From: Alteraurantiacibacter sp.
GTDB lineage: Bacteria; Pseudomonadota; Alphaproteobacteria; Sphingomonadales; Sphingomonadaceae
Assembly (NCBI GenBank): GCA_049646405.1
Contig: JBARVT010000223.1
Location: forward strand, 1-36,419
Direction: 5' to 3'
Length of the DNA: 36,419 nucleotides
Part shown: positions 29,583 to 36,419 of the stretch, piece after piece
Position numbering within the stretch: the stretch's first letter is position 1
Layout of the letters: every line of letters begins with the position of its first letter
Program-made: the position numbers and the translations under genes
The notes under the pieces: model-generated
Seen by the model: the letters and a program-made list of their open reading frames with translations, nothing else
Told to the model about the DNA's origin: nothing
Database searches by the model: none

Positions 29583-30161
29583 ATGTCCTCGCAAAGCTAT
29601 CGATTTTTACGTTGGTTGTTGTGGCTCGTCCTTGCCGTGCCGGGCGCATGGTCCCTTAGTCGCTGGGCGCTGATGACCGAAACCTATGGCTACGGCCATG
29701 CCATCGGCGATAGCGGGGATTGGGCAGCGTGGTTGCTACTGGTGACGCTCGCCGTTACTCCGCTGCGGTTGGCGTTCCGCAAGGCGCGCTGGGCGCAATG
29801 GCTGGCGCGGCATCGGCGCGACCTTGGCGTGGCGAGTTTCGCCTATGCGCTCGGTCACACTTCTATCTATCTATGGAACAAGGCGGACATTGCGCGCGTA
29901 CTGGCCGAGGCGGCGGACATGCAATACCTCACCGGTTGGCTCGCCCTCGCCCTGTTCATTCCGCTCGCTATCACCAGCAACGATGCAAGCATGCGGCGCC
30001 TGAAGCGCGGGTGGAAGCGGTTGCACCGGCTCGTCTATCCGGCGGCAGTGCTGACGTTCGTCCACTGGGCGCTGACCGCGTTCGATCCGATGACGGCCTA
30101 TCTCCATATCGGGATACTGGCCGCCATCTGGATCGCGCGGGCTCTGCTTACTCGGCGTTGA
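29583..30161 (+). CDS. MsrQ/YedZ-like heme-binding ferric-reductase transmembrane protein
   Basis: Probable start MSSQSY at 29583; SGDWA..TLAVTPLR, RRDLGVASFAYALGH, PLAITSN, WKRLHRLVYPAAVLTFVHW. Confidence 0.87.
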   Translation: MSSQSYRFLRWLLWLVLAVPGAWSLSRWALMTETYGYGHAIGDSGDWAAWLLLVTLAVTPLRLAFRKARWAQWLARHRRDLGVASFAYALGHTSIYLWNKADIARVLAEAADMQYLTGWLALALFIPLAITSNDASMRRLKRGWKRLHRLVYPAAVLTFVHWALTAFDPMTAYLHIGILAAIWIARALLTRR

Positions 30162-30666
30162 GCGTCACATACTGGCGATAGCGGGCGATCTCGTCCGCCT
30201 CGATATACTTGCCCATTTCGCGGTCGAATTCGGCCATGTCCTCGTAAGGCACGTATTCCTCGAATTCGTGGATCATGCGATCGTCGATGCCGGGGATGAG
30301 AGCAAGTTCTTCACTTGTCGTATTGTTGAGGTTCACCGGCACGAAGACGCGTTCGCGGATCGCGGCGGCTTCCTCCTCGCTCACCATGCGCATCAGCACG
30401 GTGTTGAGGTCGATGATATTGGCATAGGGCTGCCCGCCAACGATGGCGGTGGCGAGTTCGGGGGACACGCCGTCGATAGCCGCAAGCTCGCCCTCGGTCG
30501 CGGTGCTGGCATCGAGCACGGCGACGCTGTCGTTTTCCGCAGCCATATCATCCACGGCCTCGCCCATCGTTTCGTTCTCGACGACGGGTTCGTCCGCTTC
30601 CTGCGAACAGGCGGCGAGAGTGAAGGCAGTGCCGGCGAGGGCGGCGGTAAGGATAAGGTTGCGCAT
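30148..30666 (-). CDS. Lipoprotein with two helix-hairpin-helix (ComEA-like) repeats
   Basis: Lipobox AFTLAAC (start MRNLIL at 30666); LDASTATEGELAAIDGVS and VNLNNTTSEELALIPGID. Confidence 0.78.
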   Translation of the reverse strand: MRNLILTAALAGTAFTLAACSQEADEPVVENETMGEAVDDMAAENDSVAVLDASTATEGELAAIDGVSPELATAIVGGQPYANIIDLNTVLMRMVSEEEAAAIRERVFVPVNLNNTTSEELALIPGIDDRMIHEFEEYVPYEDMAEFDREMGKYIEADEIARYRQYVTLNAE

Positions 30667-30752
30667 GGAAAGGCTTTCTCGATTGCGGATGCAGAATTGC
30701 ACGCGCAGCGGTTAGCCTTGTTGAAAGTCATTCGCAATAGCAGATCGGCAGG

Positions 30753-31382
30753 TCAAAAGGCGGGGGCGAAGTCTCCGCTTTCCTCGTCGAGCAGGTGCAG
30801 CACGCCGTCGCTGATGGCGAAATAGGCGCCGCGAAGGGACAGTTCGCCACTGGCGAGCTTGTTCTGCACATAAGGAAAGGTCCGCAGGTTCGCGAGACTG
30901 ACCTTGACCGCGGCAAGCTCCATCGCCCGCTCCGCTTCACGCCCTGTCGTGCCGTGCGCCTCCGCAATCGGGTCGCGCGCCTCGTCGAGCATGTGGACCC
31001 AGTTGGCGACGAATCCGCCTTCGCCCAGCGCATTCCCGTGGAGGTTCCGCGTGAGCGCCGCCTGGCACCCGCCGCACATACCGTGGCCCAGGACGACGAC
31101 CTGCTCCACCTTCAGAAATTGCACCGCGAATTCTAGTGCGGCGGAGACGCCGTGCTGGCCTGGGGTCATTTCGTAAGGCGGCACCAGCGCGGCGACATTG
31201 CGCACCACGAACAGCTCGCCCGGCGACACGTCGAAGATCTGCGCCGGGTCCACGCGGCTATCCGAGCAGGAGATGACCATCGTCTTGGGCGACTGGCCCT
31301 CGCTCAGCTGCGCCCAGCGTTCGTGCTCTTCCGCATAGCTGGTCTCTCGAAAGCGGCGATAGCCGTCGATAAGGCCGTTCAT
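30753..31382 (-). CDS. Beta-class carbonic anhydrase
   Basis: GQSP, CSDSRVDP, PGELFVVRNVAALVPP, AALEFAV, GHGMCGG; probable start MNGLIDGY at 31382. Confidence 0.96.
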   Translation of the reverse strand: MNGLIDGYRRFRETSYAEEHERWAQLSEGQSPKTMVISCSDSRVDPAQIFDVSPGELFVVRNVAALVPPYEMTPGQHGVSAALEFAVQFLKVEQVVVLGHGMCGGCQAALTRNLHGNALGEGGFVANWVHMLDEARDPIAEAHGTTGREAERAMELAAVKVSLANLRTFPYVQNKLASGELSLRGAYFAISDGVLHLLDEESGDFAPAF

Positions 31383-31476
31383 TGCGGTGCCTCGGGCCGA
31401 AGAATTCGTGTCCATGCGCCGTCCTCTGCCGCGCGGCATTGCCACTGGCAAGACCCTTCCCTAAGTGGCAGTCGCA

Positions 31477-32418
31477 ATGAACGACCTTTCCTCAACACCC
31501 GGCACCACGCCATCCGGCAGGCAGCGCAAGCCCGACTGGATCCGCGTGAAGGCACCCGTCTCCAAGAGCTATCACGAAACGCGCAAGCTGATGCGCGACC
31601 TGAAGCTGAACACGGTGTGCGAGGAAGCGGCCTGCCCGAATATCGGCGAGTGCTGGGACAAGAAGCACGCCACCGTCATGATCCTCGGCGACGTCTGCAC
31701 GCGCGCCTGTGCCTTTTGCAACGTCAAGACCGGCATGCCGCGCATCGTCGACCCGATGGAGCCGGAGAATGTCGCGGTCGCGGCGGGCGAGATGGGGCTG
31801 AACCACATCGTCATCACCTCGGTTGACCGTGACGACCTGCCCGATGGCGGGGCGGGGCAGTTCGTGAAGGTGATCGAGGCGCTGCGGCGGGAGACGCCGG
31901 AGACGACTATTGAGATCCTCACGCCTGATTTTCGCGGCAAGATGCGTCCCGCCGTGGAGGCGATCTGCGCTGCCGGGCCGGATGTTTACAACCACAATCT
32001 CGAAACCGTGCCGCGCCTCTATCCGACGATCCGCCCGGGGGCGCGCTACTACGCCTCGCTGCGCCTGCTGGAAGAGGTGAAGAGCCATGACCCGATGATT
32101 TTCACCAAGTCGGGCATCATGCTCGGCCTCGGCGAGCAGCGGCTGGAAGTTCACCAGGTGATGGACGACATGCGCAGCGCAGATGTCGATTTCATCACCA
32201 TGGGCCAGTATCTCCAGCCGACGCCGAAGCACGCGAATGTCGAGGAATTCGTGACGCCCAAGGGGTTCGGGGCCTTTGGCGCCATCGCGCGGGCGAAGGG
32301 CTTTCTGCAGGTCGCCGCCAGCCCGCTCACCCGCTCCAGCTATCATGCGGGCGACGACTTTGCGCAAATGCGCGCCGCGCGGGAGGCGAAACTGGCGAAG
32401 CAAAAGGCGCGCGCCTGA
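31477..32418 (+). CDS. lipA: Lipoyl synthase
   Basis: [56 protein letters not shown]. Confidence 0.98.
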   Translation: MNDLSSTPGTTPSGRQRKPDWIRVKAPVSKSYHETRKLMRDLKLNTVCEEAACPNIGECWDKKHATVMILGDVCTRACAFCNVKTGMPRIVDPMEPENVAVAAGEMGLNHIVITSVDRDDLPDGGAGQFVKVIEALRRETPETTIEILTPDFRGKMRPAVEAICAAGPDVYNHNLETVPRLYPTIRPGARYYASLRLLEEVKSHDPMIFTKSGIMLGLGEQRLEVHQVMDDMRSADVDFITMGQYLQPTPKHANVEEFVTPKGFGAFGAIARAKGFLQVAASPLTRSSYHAGDDFAQMRAAREAKLAKQKARA

Positions 32419-32879
32419 TGCCCAAAATCCGCGAGACGCGCAGGCTGCCTTACACCGCCGAACAGATGTTCGACCTGGTGGCGGATGTGGACCGCTATCC
32501 CGAATTCCTGCCCTGGGTGGTCGCCACGCGGGTGCGCAAGGACAACGATACGGAGATGACGGCGGACATGCTCGTCGGTTTCAAGGCGCTGCGCGAGAAG
32601 TTCACTAGCAAGGTCGTCAAGGACCGCCCGAAGACAATCAACGTCCATTATATCGACGGGCCGCTGCGCGATCTCGACAATAACTGGACCTTCCGGAATG
32701 TCGGAGACGGCGCGTGCGAGATCGAATTCTGCGTCGATTTCGCGTTCAAGAACATAATGTTTGAAACGCTGGCCGGTCAATATGTCGACCGAGCCTTCCG
32801 CAAGATGGTCATGGCGTTCGAGGAGCGCGCGGCGCAGCTTTACGGCAGCAGCAGTTCCAGCGCACAGAGCGTCGCCTGA
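32418..32879 (+). CDS. ratA: RatA/PasT/Coq10 START-domain protein
   Basis: [32 protein letters not shown]; coupled to lipA (TGATG). Confidence 0.9.
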   Translation: MPKIRETRRLPYTAEQMFDLVADVDRYPEFLPWVVATRVRKDNDTEMTADMLVGFKALREKFTSKVVKDRPKTINVHYIDGPLRDLDNNWTFRNVGDGACEIEFCVDFAFKNIMFETLAGQYVDRAFRKMVMAFEERAAQLYGSSSSSAQSVA

Positions 32880-33322
32880 CGTCGTACGCCGGCGCGATCT
32901 TCACCTTTGAAAAGACGTTCGTCTGCCGTCTGCTCGGTCTCTCCGCGAATTGCGCGGGCGAAGACGACGGTGCCGACGGGTTTGAGCAAGGTCCCGCCCG
33001 AAGGCCCCGCTATTCCGCTGATTGCCACCGCGACATCTGCGCCGCTGCGCTCCAGCGCGCCCTTCGCCATCGCAAAGGCGGTAGCGATGGAAACAGCTCC
33101 GAACGCCTCGATGATATCGAGCGGCACCCCCAGCGCCTCGACCTTCGACTCGTTCGAGTAGGTGACGAAACCGCGGTCGAACACGGCGGAGCTGCCCGGA
33201 ATATCGGTGATCGCTCCGGCGACAAGTCCGCCGGTGCAGCTTTCGGCAAGAACGATGCTGCGCCCCACCTTCACGTTCGCCTCGACAACGCGGCGGGCGA
33301 GTTCGACTATGTCGTTCGTCAT
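32840..33322 (-). CDS. cinA: CinA C-terminal domain / NMN deamidase PncC-like protein
   Basis: [44 protein letters not shown]. Confidence 0.92.
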   Translation of the reverse strand: MTNDIVELARRVVEANVKVGRSIVLAESCTGGLVAGAITDIPGSSAVFDRGFVTYSNESKVEALGVPLDIIEAFGAVSIATAFAMAKGALERSGADVAVAISGIAGPSGGTLLKPVGTVVFARAIRGETEQTADERLFKGEDRAGVRRQATLCALELLLP

Positions 33323-34473
33323 CGCGAAACCAGCGTCGCTACAGCCTGCGCCGCGATACCTTCACCGCGACCGGTGAAGCCGAGCCTTTCAGTAGTCGTC
33401 GCTTTCACGCTCACAGCATCCAACGCCACGCGAAGGAGCGCTGCCAGCCGCGCACGCATGGCGTCGCGGTGCGGGCCGATTTTCGGCGCTTCGCAGATGA
33501 GAGTGAGATCGACATTCCCGATCCGCCAGCCCGCCGCGCTCGCCAGTTCTACCGCATGCTCAACAAATGCCGAGGAGGCCGCGCCTTTCCAACGGGCATC
33601 GCTGGGCGAAAAGTGCTGTCCGATATCGCCTTGAGCGCTGGCGCCGAGGATAGCGTCTACCACGGCGTGCAGCCCTACATCGGCATCGGAATGTCCTGAA
33701 AGCCCCTGTTTATGCTCGATCTTCACGCCGCACAGCCAAAGCTCTTCACCATCGACAAGGCGATGTACATCGAACCCGGTGCCCACGCGCACGGCGGGGG
33801 AGGGTGCATTTGGCTCGGCCACGAAATCCTCCGCAAAGGTGAGCTTTTTCAGTCGCTCGTCGCCTTGTATTAACGCAACGTCGAGACCGTAGGCGCGCAG
33901 CACCTGCGCGTCGTCTCCGGCATCGTTCGGGCCCTCCCACGCACGATGCGCGGCGAGAATGTCGGCAAAGCGGAAGGCTTGCGGGGTTTGCACCCTTCGC
34001 AAGCTGTCGCGCTTCGCATCGCCAGCCACCAAGCCGTTCTCCGCCACCACCAAGCTGTCTACCACCGGCAGGACAGGAATCGCAGCACGGGACTGGGAAA
34101 GTGCGGAGAAGGACCGCTTGATGACGGTTTGGGGCAAGTCGGGCCGCGCAGCGTCGTGGATGAGCACGAAACCAGGCGCGTCGGGTTCGAGCGCTTCGAG
34201 GGCAAGCCGCACACTGTTTTGTCGCGTCACACCGCCGGTCACAAATGAAACATTCGCCAAACCGTCCAGCGCCTCCGCCGCCACAGCGTGCGCACCTTCG
34301 GGAATGGCGACAACGATCCGCGAAGCGTCTCGCAACGCCTCCGCCGAATGCCGCAGCACCGGCTTGCCTCGCCACAGCGCGAACTGTTTCGGCAGGAACT
34401 GCCCCGCGCGCAGACCCTTGCCCGCGGCAACGATTACGGCGGCGAAGGAGGGAAGGGCGGCTGGCTCGCTCAT
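33319..34473 (-). CDS. ispDF: Bifunctional IspD/IspF
   Basis: [37 protein letters not shown]; then [43 protein letters not shown]. Confidence 0.97.
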   Translation of the reverse strand: MSEPAALPSFAAVIVAAGKGLRAGQFLPKQFALWRGKPVLRHSAEALRDASRIVVAIPEGAHAVAAEALDGLANVSFVTGGVTRQNSVRLALEALEPDAPGFVLIHDAARPDLPQTVIKRSFSALSQSRAAIPVLPVVDSLVVAENGLVAGDAKRDSLRRVQTPQAFRFADILAAHRAWEGPNDAGDDAQVLRAYGLDVALIQGDERLKKLTFAEDFVAEPNAPSPAVRVGTGFDVHRLVDGEELWLCGVKIEHKQGLSGHSDADVGLHAVVDAILGASAQGDIGQHFSPSDARWKGAASSAFVEHAVELASAAGWRIGNVDLTLICEAPKIGPHRDAMRARLAALLRVALDAVSVKATTTERLGFTGRGEGIAAQAVATLVSR

Positions 34474-34585
34474 CGTGTCGGCGCGCTACCCGCTTGAGCC
34501 GCCCCTCGCAATCCACTATGCGCCTGCCCATGTTTTAGGCGATTGTATACTTGACAAAGCAGGGGTGTTTTGGCATTGATAATTC

Positions 34586-35563
34586 ATGAAAAACGCAATC
34601 GACATTTTCGCGCCCCGCTTCCAATTTGAAGACGCCGCTCGCGAACATCTTGAAGCCCTTCACTGGCCCGAAGGTCCGACTTGCCCGCACTGTGGGAGCG
34701 ACAATGCGAAGAGGCTTCCCCCGCAAAAGCGCAAGGCCACCAAAGCGCATCCCGGCGGCACTGTCCGTAAGGGCGTCGTCCAATGCAATGACTGCCGCAA
34801 GCAATACACTGTCACTGTCGGCACTGTGTTCGAGCGCTCCAAGGTTCCACTCAATAAATGGTTGCTCGCCAACCATATGCTTTGCGCTTCTAAGAAAGGC
34901 ATGAGCGGCCACCAGATGGCACGCATGCTTGGCGTTACCTATAAAACGGCGTGGTTCATGATGCATCGCATCCGCGAGGCCATGAACGACGTCGACGACA
35001 CTCCCATTGGTGGGTTTGGCAAGTTCGTCGAAGCCGATGAAACCTATGTCGGCGGCAAAGCCCGCAACAAGAAGCACAAACAGCGCAAGGTGAGCGGCAA
35101 GAACCTCTCACCTGTCCACGGCAAGATGCCCGTTGTCTCGCTTGTCGAGCGCGGCGGGAAAGTCCGTTCATTCCATGTCGCCAACGTCACTGGCGAGACG
35201 CTGCGCCAAGCGCTCGTCACCAATGTAGATCGCTACACTTATCTCCTTACAGACGAACACAAGGGCTACAAGAGCGTCGGCAGGGAGTTCGGCAAGCACA
35301 GCGTGGTTTCGCACTCAAAGGGCGAATACGTGCGCGGCGCCATCCACACTAACACCATCGAAGGCTTTTTCTCCCTCCTTAAGCGCGGCATCATCGGCGT
35401 GTATCACCATGTCAGCGAAGCCCACCTGCACCGCTACACCAGCGAGTTCGATTTCCGCTACAACACCCGCAAGCTGTCCGACTTTGAACGTGCCGACGAA
35501 AGCCTGCTAGGCGCTATCGGCAAGCGCCTGACCTATCGGCGGACTAGTGCAGTCGCAGCCTGA
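34586..35563 (+). CDS. IS1595-family (ISXO2-like) DDE transposase with Zn ribbon
   Basis: CPHCG..CNDCRKQYTVTVGTVFERSK, YKTAWFMMHRIREAM, VEADETYVGG, TDEHKGY, HTNTIEGFFSLLKRG, EFDFRYN. Confidence 0.96.
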   Translation: MKNAIDIFAPRFQFEDAAREHLEALHWPEGPTCPHCGSDNAKRLPPQKRKATKAHPGGTVRKGVVQCNDCRKQYTVTVGTVFERSKVPLNKWLLANHMLCASKKGMSGHQMARMLGVTYKTAWFMMHRIREAMNDVDDTPIGGFGKFVEADETYVGGKARNKKHKQRKVSGKNLSPVHGKMPVVSLVERGGKVRSFHVANVTGETLRQALVTNVDRYTYLLTDEHKGYKSVGREFGKHSVVSHSKGEYVRGAIHTNTIEGFFSLLKRGIIGVYHHVSEAHLHRYTSEFDFRYNTRKLSDFERADESLLGAIGKRLTYRRTSAVAA

Positions 35564-35907
35564 TAAGTTCAGACCAGTCAAGAGGATTGGCGAAAAGCGG
35601 AAGCGCTGGACTCGACTCTAGCCGACGTTTGCCCCACCATCACCTCGCAGTCCCGCAATGAAGTCAGGTGGTAACTGACACATCGGAGCGGCTTCCCTGC
35701 ACATGTCGGTCCCGCTCACCGCTTGAGACGGCCAACCCTCACGAGGTGGGGAGCCGGGGCGGGTTCAGGATACCAGCCGACACTGCCAGAGCCGATACTA
35801 GTTAGGCGATGGTGGGGCGATTGCTCGCAACCATGCCTCAGCGGTTGCACTAGGACGTTAGGAACAACTCTTTGGGGTTGTTGCGCAGCGCCCCGGAGTT
35901 TTCAGGA

Positions 35908-36009
35908 ATGAAGCGCCGGAACGAAAAAACGTTGAAGGTCGATGTGAAAGTGAACGTTGGTAACTGCCTGTGGGCAATTTGCTGGCTAATCGCGATCCTT
36001 GCGATCTGA
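35908..36009 (+). CDS. 33-aa small membrane peptide
   Basis: Below the ORF-track cutoff: MKRRNEKTLKVDVKVNVGNCLWAICWLIAILAI; GGAG at 35895-35898; followed by a strong hairpin. Confidence 0.5.
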   Translation: MKRRNEKTLKVDVKVNVGNCLWAICWLIAILAI

Positions 36010-36117
36010 GTTTCCTCGGCGGGGCTTCGGCTCCGCCGTAGGTTTATCGGCCTTCGGGGGTGTCTTCAGCATCCGCTTCAAAACCTTGTCCTCTTTTGAA
36101 TTTTCGGTCACTGACAT
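35986..36117 (-). CDS. 43-aa small basic protein
   Basis: MSVTENSKEDKVLKRMLKTPPKADKPTAEPKPRRGNSDRKDRD; GAGG immediately upstream of the ATG. Confidence 0.45.
   Translation of the reverse strand: MSVTENSKEDKVLKRMLKTPPKADKPTAEPKPRRGNSDRKDRD
36017..36038. terminator. GC-rich hairpin with cUUCGg tetraloop
   Basis: CGGCGGGGC TTCG GCTCCGCCG: 9-bp stem with one G-U pair, 7 nt after the 33-aa ORF stop; weak U-tract. Confidence 0.5.
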
Positions 36118-36419
36118 GCCTCACTCTCAATTGGATATTGCTCGCTTGAGCGCGATGAAAACATATGCGCGCTTGGAGCACGAGCTCTGTGTTCTCGTCA
36201 AAGTGATTATGGAAATCGAGGCAGAAATGGCCAGCGCCATTTTTTACCAGATTTCAAACACGCGCACCCGCTATGCGATCATTGGCAGTGCGCTAGATAT
36301 TAACCATAGGGAAACATGGAAAAAGCCCTGGAAACGCATTGAAGGTTGGCTTGGGCCTTGTGACACCGCCCGCAATCACATCATTCAATGGGTCGAATGC
36401 GAACACACGCTTATCCGCC
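36116..36419 (+). CDS. IS cargo gene, HEPN-like hypothetical protein (3' end outside window)
   Basis: Open frame to the window end: MPHSQLDIARLSAMKTYARLEHELCVLV..ASAIFYQISNTRTRYAII..CDTARNHIIQW; helical, with an LE motif and an RNxxx(Q) motif. Confidence 0.55.
   Translation, partial: MPHSQLDIARLSAMKTYARLEHELCVLVKVIMEIEAEMASAIFYQISNTRTRYAIIGSALDINHRETWKKPWKRIEGWLGPCDTARNHIIQWVECEHTLIR

Larger units (their letters stand above)
34538..36419 (+). mobile_element. IS1595-family element (left end plus transposase and cargo; right end not in window)
   Basis: Left end GGCGATTGTATACTTGAC lies 48 nt before the transposase; no matching inverted copy seen up to 36419; downstream DNA is lower in GC. Confidence 0.7.

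Noticed and set aside
32418..32879. RatA as a toxin-antitoxin system
   Set aside because: Coq10-like START protein in its usual lipA context; no ratB-like partner adjacent.

Overview
GC-rich alphaproteobacterial chromosome segment; gene order and protein style suggest Sphingomonadales/Erythrobacteraceae (inference). It is mostly core genes: eno, ribB-ribH, tRNA-Lys(CTT), mreBCD-mrdA-rodA, mutL, beta-carbonic anhydrase, lipA-ratA, cinA and ispDF. A probable general-stress operon with two perfect EcfG-type promoters lies at the left end, and an IS1595-family element with cargo runs off the right end. The most striking region is a five-gene operon (6697-16524) of secreted DUF11-type proteins. 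The Lys/Asp/Asn isopeptide-type Ig fold appears split between genes: an Asn-bearing donor hairpin at the mature N-terminus and a Lys+Asp acceptor domain lacking those strands at the C-terminus. Two proteins have both halves, a 1705-aa outer-membrane barrel protein has only the donor, a lectin-like protein has only the acceptor, and a small protein has a degenerate acceptor. This predicts a donor-strand-complemented, possibly covalently self-crosslinking pilus with its own barrel anchor/secretion pore. Second, RibB is fused to an N-terminal HTH, and the ribB-ribH operon is bracketed by two copies of a TCACA-N6-TGTGA palindrome. All family assignments come from motif recognition by eye; no searches were run.
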